Below are positions 37,423 through 47,931 of a stretch of 64,000 nt of DNA, piece by piece; position 1 is the stretch's first letter; every line of letters starts with the position of its first letter. This stretch comes from an uncultured Bacteroidales bacterium (GTDB lineage: Bacteria; Bacteroidota; Bacteroidia; Bacteroidales; ML635J-15). Under the pieces are notes generated by a model. The model ran no database searches. It worked only from the letters and a program-made list of their open reading frames with translations, and had not been told where the DNA came from. The stretch lies in contig CAYNKH010000001.1 in assembly GCA_964397745.1 (NCBI GenBank), forward strand, positions 20,232 to 84,231, in the 5' to 3' direction. Made by a program: the position numbers and the translations under genes.

Positions 37423-38370
37423 TCAACAAATATACAAATTTTTAAAACTCGATTTGACAAATCTTGGTTTTTTATTCATATCTTTAATAATAATATTTGA
37501 AACGAATCCAACAGTTTTGCACAACTCTACAATCTCTTTTGAGAATTTTTCGTTTATTTCCAACCACAACACACCAGTAGGTTTTAGTAATGTCTTTGCT
37601 TTATTTATTATGGCATGATAAAATACAAGAGGATTTGCATCTGTAACAAAAAGAGCTAATTTTGGCTCAAATTCTAACACATTAGCGTGCATAAATTGCT
37701 TCTCTGACATAGTAACATAAGGCGGATTACTAATTATTACATCAAGCTTTTCGTTAATAGGAATCTCAGTCTCTGAAAGAATATCAAAATTTATAAATTC
37801 AAGGTTTACATTATTTACCTCAGCATTTTTTTGTGCAATTATTAAAGCTTCTTTCGAGACATCCAATGCAAAAACTTGCGAATTTCCCAGTTCTTTTTTT
37901 AAACATATTGGAATACATCCAGAGCCTGTGCCAATGTCAAGAATTTTAATTGATTTCTCTTTGTGTTCTTTAATAATACTATCAACAAGTAATTCTGTTT
38001 CTTGTCGTGGGATTAGAACATTTTTATCCACAAAAAATTTACTGCCATAAAACCAGGCTGTATTAGTAACGTATTGAACTGGTTCTCCTTGTTCTAATCG
38101 TATTTGATTTTTTGTAAGTTTTAGGTAATTCTTTTCGGATATCATTTCATCTTTAGCCAATAGAAAGTCGGTTCGACTAAATTTTAGCATTTCACAAATA
38201 TAAAATTCCGAAATAGCTCTCGCCTCATCTTTCGAATATCTTTTCTCTAGAGATTTAATTAATTGGCTATTAAACTTTTGTAGCTTTATCACTTTTGTTA
38301 TTTGAGACAAATTTAATAAAATGATTCGAAATAATTTGAAAACAAAACGGCATTTTTTTAAATATGGCAC
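37423..38370 (-). CDS. prmC: Release factor glutamine methyltransferase PrmC (HemK)
   Basis: SAM motif ILDIGTGSGCI and catalytic NPPY (IISNPPYV). The true start is probably downstream of 38370, because the first ~25 aa look non-conserved. Confidence 0.85.
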   Translation of the reverse strand: MPYLKKCRFVFKLFRIILLNLSQITKVIKLQKFNSQLIKSLEKRYSKDEARAISEFYICEMLKFSRTDFLLAKDEMISEKNYLKLTKNQIRLEQGEPVQYVTNTAWFYGSKFFVDKNVLIPRQETELLVDSIIKEHKEKSIKILDIGTGSGCIPICLKKELGNSQVFALDVSKEALIIAQKNAEVNNVNLEFINFDILSETEIPINEKLDVIISNPPYVTMSEKQFMHANVLEFEPKLALFVTDANPLVFYHAIINKAKTLLKPTGVLWLEINEKFSKEIVELCKTVGFVSNIIIKDMNKKPRFVKSSFKNLYIC

Positions 38371-38467
38371 TGTATTTGGTTTTTGTGGATTGGTAACTTT
38401 TTGAAAATGTCTGAATTTTCTCCGGTGGTTGTTTCCAAATGATTGCCGGAGTTTTTATTTACAGATT

Positions 38468-39028
38468 TTATCTAATAACTTCAAACTTGCCAGATTTTAA
38501 AACTTTGATTATATCCGAACTTTTTGCTGAGCTAAATTCATTCAGTTGAATTGGAACTATATAATCGACAGCAATTTTAATTTCATTAACGATATTAAAA
38601 AAACCTAATGGAGGTCTTTGGCCAGCTAAATTTGCCGATGTTGAAACTAAAGGCTTATTATATTCACCAAGTAACTGTTGACAAAAACCACATTTAGTTA
38701 TTCTTATAGCTATTGTGCCATCTGGAGCAACAATGTTTGGAGCCAAGTTTTTTGCTTTAGGATAAATAATTGTTAGCGGTCCTGTTGATGCCTCAATTAA
38801 CTGATAAGCTACTTCTGGAATTTTTTCTACGTACTTTTCCAACATTTCGACATCTTTCACAAGAATAATCATACTTTTACTCTCAACTCTTTGTTTAATT
38901 GCATAAATAGAAGCAATTGCATCAGCATTATCGGGGTCACAGCCTAAACCCCAGATAGTATCAGTTGGGTATAAAATGACACCACCTGAATTTAACACAT
39001 TAATAGTTTCTGCAATTATCTCTTTCAT
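38468..39028 (-). CDS. tsaC: L-threonylcarbamoyladenylate synthase (TsaC/YrdC type)
   Basis: 186 aa with YPTDTIWGLGCD and TSANLAGQ motifs of the YrdC/Sua5 domain, and no Sua5 C-terminal extension. Confidence 0.85.
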   Translation of the reverse strand: MKEIIAETINVLNSGGVILYPTDTIWGLGCDPDNADAIASIYAIKQRVESKSMIILVKDVEMLEKYVEKIPEVAYQLIEASTGPLTIIYPKAKNLAPNIVAPDGTIAIRITKCGFCQQLLGEYNKPLVSTSANLAGQRPPLGFFNIVNEIKIAVDYIVPIQLNEFSSAKSSDIIKVLKSGKFEVIR

Positions 39029-40134
39029 ATATTTTGGTAAAATTTCATTATGTTAGAACTAACAAGTTTATTATCAAAAAGTTTAAGCCTTTGAGTTCCT
39101 TCTCTTACAAGATTTTGAGCTAATTCAGAACTATCCAAAACTGATCTAATCGCGATCCCGATATGCTTTGAGTTTAGTGGATCAACCTGAATAGCAGCAT
39201 CTCCTGCAATTTCGGCAGGACTTCCTACATCAGATGTAATAACAGGTACACCTGAACTAAAAGCCTCAAGTATTGGTATTCCAAAACCTTCATATAGCGA
39301 AGGAAAAATAAATAGTTTGCAATTCTGATAAATTGATGGCAATTCATCATTGTTTACATTGCTTAAAAAATGTATGCGATCATTCATATTATGTTCATCT
39401 ATATAAGCTTTTAGTTTCTTATAATAAGATGTTTTTCGTCCAACAAAAACAATATCTGTTTTTATGTTGAAATAGTAAACAGCTTTGATAATATTTAGTG
39501 CATTTTTGCGGGTTTCAAGTGTACCAACATTAAGAATATAATCGTTTTTTAAACCATATTTATCTAATACTTTCTGCGAATTTTCAGCATTTGCTTTTTG
39601 CGTAAATGCCTGATTACAAGATTGATATATTACTTCTATTTTATCATCTTTTATTCCAAAATGCTTAATAATATCTTTTTTTGTATGCTCACTAATTGCA
39701 ATTATTTTATCGGCAACTTTACAAGCATGCGAAAACTTTTTTAAATACAGTTTTCTGTCGATAATTGGATATAGTTGTGGGATTTCTAAGAAAATTAAAT
39801 CATGAATTGTAACAATTTTTTTAACAGAAGTTTTTTCAATACCAAATGGTAATTCGTTACTCAAGCCATGATAAATATCTATGTCAGATTCGACAATATC
39901 TTTTGTTATTGAAAATGTTCTCCAGTAAGTTTTTCCAGCTTTTAAATTTGTTTTTGGGCTGATAACATTCTTTGTGTATTTTTCTTGCAGTAGGTTTGTT
40001 TTTTGCTCTGGACTAAACATAATATACTCATGCTCTGGAAAATTATTATGTAGCGATCTAATAACATCTCTACTATAATTTCCGAGTCCACTTTTGTTTT
40101 GGAATGCTCTTTTTGCGTCGAAACCTATTTTCAT
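39025..40134 (-). CDS. Glycosyltransferase family 4 (GT-B fold)
   Basis: 369 aa with the C-terminal E-x7-E region (PSLYEGFGIPILEAFSSGVPVITS). It overlaps the tsaC start by 4 nt. Confidence 0.8.
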   Translation of the reverse strand: MKIGFDAKRAFQNKSGLGNYSRDVIRSLHNNFPEHEYIMFSPEQKTNLLQEKYTKNVISPKTNLKAGKTYWRTFSITKDIVESDIDIYHGLSNELPFGIEKTSVKKIVTIHDLIFLEIPQLYPIIDRKLYLKKFSHACKVADKIIAISEHTKKDIIKHFGIKDDKIEVIYQSCNQAFTQKANAENSQKVLDKYGLKNDYILNVGTLETRKNALNIIKAVYYFNIKTDIVFVGRKTSYYKKLKAYIDEHNMNDRIHFLSNVNNDELPSIYQNCKLFIFPSLYEGFGIPILEAFSSGVPVITSDVGSPAEIAGDAAIQVDPLNSKHIGIAIRSVLDSSELAQNLVREGTQRLKLFDNKLVSSNIMKFYQNI

Positions 40135-40247
40135 TTTAATATTTAATTCATTAAGTCTTAGCGTATTAGTTTTTAATTATCTCAGGATATTGTTGCCAAA
40201 TTTCGCCATTAAGTTCTTTTCCATTCTAAAAATAAAACCATAAAAAT

Positions 40248-41066
40248 TTACACTGCAACTTCATTATCTCTCAAAGCATCATTAAGCGATGTTTTTTTAT
40301 CTGTTGATTCTTTTCTTTTCCCAATAATTAAAGCACAAGGCACATTATACTCACCAGCTGGGAATTTTTTAGGTAGAGTTCCAGGAATTACAACTGAGCG
40401 TTCGGGAACATATCCTTTATATTCTATAGGTTCGCTGCCTGACACATCAAATATTTTTGTTGATCCAGTTATTACCACATTAGCACCTAAAACTGCTTCT
40501 TTGCCAATATGCACTCCTTCTACAATAATACATCTCGATCCAATAAAACAATTATCTTCAATAATTACTGGGGCGGCCTGTACAGGCTCCAATACTCCAC
40601 CAATACCAACTCCACCCGAAAGATGCACATACTTCCCAATTTGAGCACATGAACCAACAGTTGCCCAGGTATCGACCATGGTGCCTTCGCCAATATATGC
40701 ACCTATATTTACATAAGATGGCATCATTATTACTCCAGGCGACAAATATGAGCCATATCTTGCTACTGCGTGCGGAACAACTCTAACATCTAATTTATCA
40801 TAATTGTTTTTCAATGGAATTTTATCGTGATATTCAAAAATACCAACTTCAATTTTTTGCATTTTTTGCAAAGGGAAATATAATATAACTGCTTTTTTTA
40901 CCCAATCGTTTACTTTCCATTTATTTTTGATTTGTTCTGCAACTCGAATTTTACCTTTATCCAAAAGCTCAACAACTGCCCTAATGGCTTTAATTACAGA
41001 CTTTTCTTTCAATAATTTGCGATTTTCCCAAGCGGACTCTATGTTTTTTTTGTAATCTATTAGCAT
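40248..41066 (-). CDS. dapD: 2,3,4,5-tetrahydropyridine-2,6-dicarboxylate N-succinyltransferase
   Basis: It has hexapeptide-repeat left-handed beta-helix sequence (GAYIGEGTMVD..., GVGIGGVLEP...IIEDNCFIGSRCIIVEGVHIG). The N-terminus YKKNIESAWENRKLL is typical of DapD. I use the ATG at 41066. Confidence 0.8.
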   Translation of the reverse strand: MLIDYKKNIESAWENRKLLKEKSVIKAIRAVVELLDKGKIRVAEQIKNKWKVNDWVKKAVILYFPLQKMQKIEVGIFEYHDKIPLKNNYDKLDVRVVPHAVARYGSYLSPGVIMMPSYVNIGAYIGEGTMVDTWATVGSCAQIGKYVHLSGGVGIGGVLEPVQAAPVIIEDNCFIGSRCIIVEGVHIGKEAVLGANVVITGSTKIFDVSGSEPIEYKGYVPERSVVIPGTLPKKFPAGEYNVPCALIIGKRKESTDKKTSLNDALRDNEVAV

Positions 41067-41186
41067 GGCATCAATTTTAAAACTCAAAATTAGTAAAATT
41101 GATTTAAAGACATAGACTATTACCAATGAAATTTAATAAAATAAAAAGTGAATGAGGAAGAGAGAAGATTGAAGAGAAAAATAGAT

Positions 41187-41246
41187 AAAAAAAGCAATCG
41201 GAGGCTGAGGGTTTTGACTTGCCAAAATGTCTCGAAGCCACCGATT
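41187..41246 (-). terminator. Rho-independent terminator of the M48 peptidase gene
   Basis: On the minus strand, AATCGGTGGCTTCGAG...CTCAGCCTCCGATT forms a long imperfect stem starting within the stop codon. It is followed by GCTTTTTTT. Confidence 0.65.
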
Positions 41247-42480
41247 ACTTTTTTGTTAAATTTTGTACTCTTTGCAGCATTGGAGGGTGCGAATAGGAAG
41301 TAAATACAACCCAAGGATGTGGTGTTAGGTTACTCATATTATGCGAACTTAGTTTTTTAAGTGCAGTAATTAAATGTTCTGAGAGTCCGTAGTTCGCAGC
41401 AAAGTCATCGGCTTGAAACTCAGCTCTACGACTAAAATATGCGGATACAATTCCAATTACTGATGATAAAGGGCTGTAAATAATTCCAAATGCTATCAGA
41501 GCAATATGAAAGCTTGCCGCATTAACGCCTAAAGCCTGAGATAATGGATCGCTTCCTACAAACAAACCAAAAATAAACAATGTTACACCAGTTTCAAGGA
41601 TTGAAGTAAATAAGGATTTGTAAATATGTTTATGTTTATAATGTCCAATTTCGTGAGCCAATACCGCAACAATTTCATCTGTTGTCATTTCTTTAATCAA
41701 AGTATCATACAACACAATTCGTTTTTTTGGACCCATTCCGCTAAAATAAGCATTTGCTTTTGTTGATCTTTTAGAGCCGTCAATTACAAAAATATTAGAG
41801 ATGTTAAAACCAGCTTTTTTACCAAATTCCATAATAGCGGTGCGGAGTTCTCCATCTTCAAGTGGAGTTTGTTTGTTAAACAAAGGCACAATCAAAGTTG
41901 AGTAAAACATATTCATAAATATAGAAAAGGCAACAACAATTGCCCAAGCATAAAGCCAAAACCAATCTGGGTTTAAGTCATAAAACAATATAATAATCGA
42001 AAAAATTCCAGCCCCGATTATTCCCATAAGAAACAATGATTTTATTTTATCTAAAATAAATATTTTTGGCGTAATTTTATTAAAACCATATTTGTTCTCA
42101 ATTACAAAAATATTATACAGAGCAAACGGCATTGATAAAATATCCATTGCAAAAAATATGATTGCAAAAAACAGCAATGGCTTTACAATATAATGCTCCG
42201 AAATATTACCCGCAATTCCATCAACAAAAGCAAAACCATCGAAAAGTAACATCAAAACAATCAAAACAAAGCTAAAAATTGAGCTTATTGTTCCAAATCG
42301 GTAGTTTTCGGTCTTATATCGCTGCTGCTTTTTGTATTTATCGAAGTCATAAACATCTTTAAGCTCTTCAGGAATTGGCTTATTAAACCATGATGCATTA
42401 AGAAAATCAAGAATTTGCTCAAAGAAAAAACCAAGAACAATAATTGCAAGTATAATAATAAAGATTAATTCGCCAGTCAT
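41245..42480 (-). CDS. M48 family metallopeptidase (Ste24/CAAX prenyl protease-like, multi-TM)
   Basis: 411 aa with several N-terminal TM spans and the HExxH motif VLAHEIGHYKHKH. Confidence 0.85.
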   Translation of the reverse strand: MTGELIFIIILAIIVLGFFFEQILDFLNASWFNKPIPEELKDVYDFDKYKKQQRYKTENYRFGTISSIFSFVLIVLMLLFDGFAFVDGIAGNISEHYIVKPLLFFAIIFFAMDILSMPFALYNIFVIENKYGFNKITPKIFILDKIKSLFLMGIIGAGIFSIIILFYDLNPDWFWLYAWAIVVAFSIFMNMFYSTLIVPLFNKQTPLEDGELRTAIMEFGKKAGFNISNIFVIDGSKRSTKANAYFSGMGPKKRIVLYDTLIKEMTTDEIVAVLAHEIGHYKHKHIYKSLFTSILETGVTLFIFGLFVGSDPLSQALGVNAASFHIALIAFGIIYSPLSSVIGIVSAYFSRRAEFQADDFAANYGLSEHLITALKKLSSHNMSNLTPHPWVVFTSYSHPPMLQRVQNLTKK

Positions 42481-42649
42481 AATTATTTTTTTTTACAAAA
42501 GTACGAAAACAACAATGCTATTCAATAAAAGTTTATAATTTATCGCTTATATGGTTAAGAGGTTGTGAAAATAACCTTATCCATCAATACTATTTTTCAT
42601 AAAATGCAGGTTTTTACTTTTATATAAGTATTTTTATTAATTTTGCAGC

Positions 42650-43405
42650 ATGAACATAAAAAAGTCGCTCATATTAGTTTTTGCTATTTTATCCTCAAGC
42701 ATAGTTTTTGGGCAGGTAAAAGACAGCAGCCTCAATATTTGGCAGTGTGAAATAAACTATTCGTTTCAAGTTCCTGGCGGCGATATGGCTGATAGATTTG
42801 GAGTTAATTCAACAATAGGCGTTGGACTTAATTACAAATTCAAATCGAATTGGACAGTTGGTTTTGAAGTAAGTTATTTATTTGGTGGAATCCTCAAAGA
42901 TAGCAGTAGTGTTTTAGAAGGTCTAATGACCAATAACGGGGAAATTATTAACGAACATGGCGAATACGGTACTGTATTACTAACGGAACGCGGATTTTAT
43001 TCTGGAATTAAACTTGGTAGAGTTTTTCCTGTTGGAAAGTCAAATCGTAACTCTGGAATTGTTTTTAATGTAGGTGCGGGTTTGTTGCAGCATCACATTC
43101 ATATAGAGAACAAAGACAATAACACACCTCCAGTTTTGGGCGATTATAAAAAAGGATACGATCGTTTAACAAATGGTTTAAGTATGCGTGAGTTTGTTGG
43201 ATATCAATATTTAAGCAATAAAAACGCTTTGAATTTTTATATCGGACTTGAATTTTATCAAGCATGGACTAAATGCCGGAGAGATTTCAACTTTGATACT
43301 ATGGAACGTGATGATACACCACGAAACGATTATCTTTTCGGCATCAGAGCTGGGTGGATTTTGCCTATTTACAAAAAAAACCCTAACAAATTTTATTATT
43401 ATTAA
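42650..43405 (+). CDS. Hypothetical secreted or outer-membrane protein
   Basis: 251 aa with signal peptide MNIKKSLILVFAILSSSIVFGQ. It has alternating beta-like segments and ends in aromatics (KFYYY). A TAATTTTG box lies at 42638-42645. Confidence 0.55.
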   Translation: MNIKKSLILVFAILSSSIVFGQVKDSSLNIWQCEINYSFQVPGGDMADRFGVNSTIGVGLNYKFKSNWTVGFEVSYLFGGILKDSSSVLEGLMTNNGEIINEHGEYGTVLLTERGFYSGIKLGRVFPVGKSNRNSGIVFNVGAGLLQHHIHIENKDNNTPPVLGDYKKGYDRLTNGLSMREFVGYQYLSNKNALNFYIGLEFYQAWTKCRRDFNFDTMERDDTPRNDYLFGIRAGWILPIYKKNPNKFYYY

Positions 43406-44655
43406 TGATGTTGCTATTTTACAAAATTGCCACAAGACTTTACTTTTTCGGAATTAAAATAGCTTCAATATTCAATGTTAAGGCTGCTGCCATAATAACA
43501 GGACACAAAAACTGGCGACAAAAATTAGCAGAACAAATGGAACCAAACTCCGAATATATATGGATGCATTGTGCATCATTGGGGGAGTTTGAGCAAGGAA
43601 GACCATTAATAGAAAAATTCAAATCCGATCCTCTAACAAAAAACTATAAGATTATTCTTAGCTTTTTTAGTTCGAGCGGATACGAAGTACGCAAAAATTA
43701 TCAATTTGCCGACATCGTTTGTTATTTACCTTTCGACACAAAAAAGAATGCACGAGATTTTGTAAAAATTACAAATCCTAATTTTGCTGTTTTTGTAAAA
43801 TATGAATTTTGGCATTATTTTCTTGATGAGTTAAATTCTAAAAATATTCCTGCTTATATCATATCTGCGATATTTAGAGAAAAACAATTGTTTTTTAAAC
43901 CTTATGGCAAGTTCTTCTTAAAAACTCTACATACGTTTAAACACATATTTGTACAAGACGAAAACTCTAAGCAATTATTGACAGATAAAAACATAACTAA
44001 TATTGACGTATGCGGAGATACCAGAATGGATAGGGTTATCCAAATTGCATCTGAAACATATGAAAATGTTTTTTTAGAAGAATTTTCGAGAGGAAAACAT
44101 ACTATTGTTTGTGGTAGCACTTGGCCAGAAGACGAGGGAATCTTATCACAATTTATAAATGCGTCTGATAAGAAATTCAGATTTATTATTGCTCCTCACG
44201 AGGTTAATAATAAACATATAAGAGGCTTATTGCAATTAATTAATAAGCCAGTAATATTTTATTCCGATATTACTAATCAAACACCTAGTGATTATAGCGT
44301 TGTGATTGTTGATGTAATAGGCTTATTGTCAAAGCTTTATCGATTTGGGGAAATTGCCTTTGTAGGTGGCGGTTTTGGAAAAGGTATTCATAATATATTA
44401 GAGGCTGCAGTTTATAATATTGCTGTTGTTTTTGGACCTAATTACAAAAAATTTAAGGAAGCTGACGATTTGGTTGAGATTGGTGCTGGTTTTAGCATAA
44501 AAACGCTCCATGACTTAACAAATATAATAAATAACATTACTAATAATAAATTATTTGTGTCTGACACGCAAATTAAGGCAAAAGCTTACATAAGCCATTC
44601 TTCTGGTTCTACGCAACATATCTTTGACAAATTGCATTTAATCGGTGAATTTTAG
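43405..44655 (+). CDS. waaA: 3-deoxy-D-manno-octulosonic acid (Kdo) transferase
   Basis: 416 aa with the N-terminal IWMHCASLGEFEQGRPLIE motif and a GGSF/GG.G-type C-terminal GT region typical of WaaA/KdtA. Confidence 0.85.
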   Translation: MMLLFYKIATRLYFFGIKIASIFNVKAAAIITGHKNWRQKLAEQMEPNSEYIWMHCASLGEFEQGRPLIEKFKSDPLTKNYKIILSFFSSSGYEVRKNYQFADIVCYLPFDTKKNARDFVKITNPNFAVFVKYEFWHYFLDELNSKNIPAYIISAIFREKQLFFKPYGKFFLKTLHTFKHIFVQDENSKQLLTDKNITNIDVCGDTRMDRVIQIASETYENVFLEEFSRGKHTIVCGSTWPEDEGILSQFINASDKKFRFIIAPHEVNNKHIRGLLQLINKPVIFYSDITNQTPSDYSVVIVDVIGLLSKLYRFGEIAFVGGGFGKGIHNILEAAVYNIAVVFGPNYKKFKEADDLVEIGAGFSIKTLHDLTNIINNITNNKLFVSDTQIKAKAYISHSSGSTQHIFDKLHLIGEF

Positions 44656-44997
44656 CAATTTCCGTAAGTCTTTTATATGAATAAATTGTTAATTACTTTT
44701 ATTTAGACAGCTTAAAGTAAAAGCATGTATCACTTTGATATTCAGGAGAATGCCGTGAATAATATAGGGCTTTAGATAAATTGAACATTTCATTGTTCAA
44801 AAGAATTATAAAATAGTTGTAATACCCAAAAGTATCAATGCTTTATGCGGTTAATATTTTTTTTTGTCAAAAAGCTTGTAATTGTTTAAGTGTCTGATTT
44901 TGCGATTCTTACATGTGTCATTATTTTTTGCTCTTTTAGATGTTAATAACCTATCCTTTTTATTTGAAAAAAATAGTATATTTTTATAATGCCAAAT

Positions 44998-45018
44998 TCA
45001 TCCAATATAATAGGATGA
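44998..45018. promoter_or_regulatory. Palindrome or hairpin in the nrdJ leader (TCATCC-N9-GGATGA followed by a T-run)
   Basis: tcatccaatataataggatga is followed by gttttt, about 67 nt upstream of the nrdJ ATG. It could be an operator or an attenuator-like hairpin. No function is established. Confidence 0.25.
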
Positions 45019-45084
45019 GTTTTTATTGAAAAAGAGAATTATTAAAATTCATAAAAATATTAACATACAAACATTATCAGAACT

Positions 45085-47664
45085 ATGTATCTGAAGGAAA
45101 AAATGAAAGAACAAGATTTAAAAAAAGAAATTAAAAAAAAGACCTTTACTGATTCGGAGGCTATGCTTGCAAGTCAGGATTACTTTAAAGGAGACCAGTT
45201 GGCAGCTCGAGTATGGATTAATAAATATGCGTTAAAAGATTCTGATGGAAATCTTTACGAACTTACTCCTGATGATATGCACCGTCGTTTAACAAGAGAG
45301 ATTTCTCGTGTTGAGCAAAAATATGATAACCCAATGTCGGAGGAGTTGATTTACAGTTTACTAAAAGACTTTAAATATATTGTTCCTCAAGGTGGTCCCA
45401 TGTCGGGCATAGGAAATAATATGCAAATTGTCTCATTATCAAATTGTTTTGTTATTGGACATACTAAGACAACCGACTCGTACGGAGGTATATTAAAGAT
45501 TGATCAAGAACAGGTGCAACTAATGAAACGCCGCGGTGGTGTTGGACATGACTTGTCGCATTTACGTCCCAAAGGATCTCCTGTAAAAAACTCGGCTTTA
45601 ACCTCAACAGGGATTGTGCCTTTTATGGAAAGATACTCAAACACAACTCGCGAAGTTGCTCAAGACGGTCGTCGTGGTGCACTAATGCTTAGCGTATCTG
45701 TTAAACACCCTGATAGTGAGGATTTTATTGATGCAAAATTGACGCATGGTAAAATTACTGGAGCAAACGTATCAGTAAAAATTACCGATGATTTTATGAA
45801 ATCATTAACCGAAAAGAAAAAGTTTGTACAACAATATCCTATTGACGATATATCTCCAACATTTATAAAAGAGGTGGATCCCGAGAAGATTTGGAAAAAA
45901 ATAATTCATAATGCTTGGAAATCTGCTGAACCAGGTATTTTATTTTGGGATACTATTATTAATGAGTCTGTGGCTGATTGTTATTCAGACCTTGGTTATA
46001 AGACCGTTTCAACAAATCCATGCGGTGAAATTCCTCTTTGCCCTTACGACTCATGTCGTCTTTTAGCTATAAATTTATATTCTTATGTTGACAACCCATT
46101 TCAAAAAACTGCTAAATTTAATTTTGCTAAATTTACTGAGCATGTTGGGTATGCCCAAAGAATCATGGACGATATTATCGATTTAGAACTTGAAAAGATT
46201 GATGGTATTTTAGCAAAAATCAATTCTGATCCCGAAGATATGGAGATTAAAAGAATTGAGCGAAAACTTTGGGAGAATATCAAACGAAAAGCCGAAGAGG
46301 GTAGAAGAACAGGAATCGGTATCACTGCTGAAGGCGATATGCTTGCATCATTAGGGCTGAGATACGGCTCAGAAGACGCAACCGATTTTGCCACCGAAGT
46401 TCACAAAACGCTTGCTATTGAAGCATATAGATCTTCAGTAAATATGGCAAAAGAACGCGGCTTTTTTAGTATCTACGATGCTCAGCGTGAAAGAAATAAC
46501 CCGATGATTAAACGTATCAAAGAAGCAGACCCAAAACTTATCGAAGATATGGAAACTTGGGGAAGAAGGAATATTTCTTTGCTAACAATCGCTCCCACAG
46601 GTACAACAAGCTTAATGACACAAACAACTTCGGGTATTGAACCAGTTTTTCGCCCATTTTATAAGCGTCGCAGAAAAGTGAATCCTAACGATCCTGAGTC
46701 AAGAATAGATTTTACTGACGATCAAGGCGATAACTGGGAAGAATATAATGTTTTTCATCATAAGTTTATAACATGGTTGCAAGTTAACAACTATAATGTT
46801 GAGGAAGTGAAAAATTATGATTCTAAAACACTTAATGAACTTGTAGCAAAATCGCCATATTATAAGGCAACTGCTGAAGATATTGATTATATAGCAAAAG
46901 TAAAAATGCAAGGCTCTATTCAAAAATGGGTAGATCACAGCATAAGTGTAACCATAAATATGCCCGAAAATGCTTCAGAAGAAACTGTTGGAGACTGTTA
47001 TTTAGAAGCATGGAAATCTGGTTGTAAAGGAATAACTGTCTATCGGGAAGGTTCAAGAGACGGCGTGTTGGTTTCAAATAACGATAAAGACAACAAGCAT
47101 CGAAAAAACATCGAACTTAAAAGGCCTAAAGTGCTCGAAGCAGATATAGTTAGATTTCAAAATAATAAAGAAAAATGGATTGCATTTATTGGTCTTATGG
47201 ATGGTTCGCCCTACGAAATTTTTACTGGTCGTGTCGAAGAGGATGTCCTTAATGTTCCTACTGCTGTGGACTGTGGACAAATAATAAAAATGCGTTTCGA
47301 AGACGGCACCTCAAGATATGATTTCCAGTATAAAAACAGGTATGGATATATGACAACTTTTGAGGGTCTCTCCCATACTTTTGATAAAACTTATTGGAAC
47401 TATGCAAAACTTATTTCTGGTGTGCTTCGCCACGGAATGTCGATAGATAAAGCCGTAGAACTCGTTTCGTCATTAGAATTAGATAGTGATAATATTAACA
47501 CTTGGAAAAATGGTGTCGAAAGAGCATTACGTAAATATATCCCAAATGGTACAAAAGCCTCCAAAAAAGGTGACAAATGCCCAAGCTGTAGCATGGACGA
47601 CACATTAGTTTATCAAGATGGCTGTGTTATTTGTTCGGACTGCGGATATTCAAAATGTGGATAA
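45085..47664 (+). CDS. nrdJ: Adenosylcobalamin-dependent (class II) ribonucleotide reductase with C-terminal Cys-rich zinc-ribbon tail
   Basis: 859 aa. RNR core motifs are NPCGEIPL, TIAPTGTTS and GCKGITVYREGSR. The C-terminus is CPSCSMDDTLVYQDGCVICSDCGYSKCG. An alternative start is the ATG at 45103. Confidence 0.9.
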   Translation: MYLKEKMKEQDLKKEIKKKTFTDSEAMLASQDYFKGDQLAARVWINKYALKDSDGNLYELTPDDMHRRLTREISRVEQKYDNPMSEELIYSLLKDFKYIVPQGGPMSGIGNNMQIVSLSNCFVIGHTKTTDSYGGILKIDQEQVQLMKRRGGVGHDLSHLRPKGSPVKNSALTSTGIVPFMERYSNTTREVAQDGRRGALMLSVSVKHPDSEDFIDAKLTHGKITGANVSVKITDDFMKSLTEKKKFVQQYPIDDISPTFIKEVDPEKIWKKIIHNAWKSAEPGILFWDTIINESVADCYSDLGYKTVSTNPCGEIPLCPYDSCRLLAINLYSYVDNPFQKTAKFNFAKFTEHVGYAQRIMDDIIDLELEKIDGILAKINSDPEDMEIKRIERKLWENIKRKAEEGRRTGIGITAEGDMLASLGLRYGSEDATDFATEVHKTLAIEAYRSSVNMAKERGFFSIYDAQRERNNPMIKRIKEADPKLIEDMETWGRRNISLLTIAPTGTTSLMTQTTSGIEPVFRPFYKRRRKVNPNDPESRIDFTDDQGDNWEEYNVFHHKFITWLQVNNYNVEEVKNYDSKTLNELVAKSPYYKATAEDIDYIAKVKMQGSIQKWVDHSISVTINMPENASEETVGDCYLEAWKSGCKGITVYREGSRDGVLVSNNDKDNKHRKNIELKRPKVLEADIVRFQNNKEKWIAFIGLMDGSPYEIFTGRVEEDVLNVPTAVDCGQIIKMRFEDGTSRYDFQYKNRYGYMTTFEGLSHTFDKTYWNYAKLISGVLRHGMSIDKAVELVSSLELDSDNINTWKNGVERALRKYIPNGTKASKKGDKCPSCSMDDTLVYQDGCVICSDCGYSKCG

Positions 47665-47725
47665 AGAGTTTAGAAGTTGATTGTCAACTTACTTTTCTAC
47701 ATTCCTTATATGTCTTAGTGAGCTT

Positions 47726-47763
47726 AAAAAGACTGTTCCACAAACAGTCTTTTTTTCTTTTTT
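47726..47763 (+). terminator. Rho-independent terminator after nrdJ (potentially bidirectional)
   Basis: AAAAAGACTGT-tccacaa-ACAGTC is followed by TTTTTTTCTTTTTT. The A-run on the left would provide a U-tract for the opposite strand. Confidence 0.75.
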
Positions 47764-47931
47764 ACCTGAGTTTTGTGTAACTTTTAAAGTGCAGATTAAT
47801 GTGAAGAGCAGAAGATTCTGCTCGAATTATTATATTATATGAGGGCTTTATTGTTAATCCAAAAGTAGAAATTAACTAAATAAAATAATATCTTACATTT
47901 GATTTTGGGTCTTAGACTCCGCAAATATGCC

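Noticed and set aside
41120-41314. 64-aa ORF spanning the M48/dapD junction, and small ORFs at 43065-43457
   Set aside because: The first overlaps the M48 terminator hairpin and gene end. The others are antisense to or overlap the 42650 and waaA genes. None has supporting motifs.
44656-45084. Cobalamin riboswitch upstream of the B12-dependent RNR
   Set aside because: I could not find the conserved B12-box core or the characteristic GC-rich multi-stem architecture by eye. It needs an Infernal scan to exclude formally.
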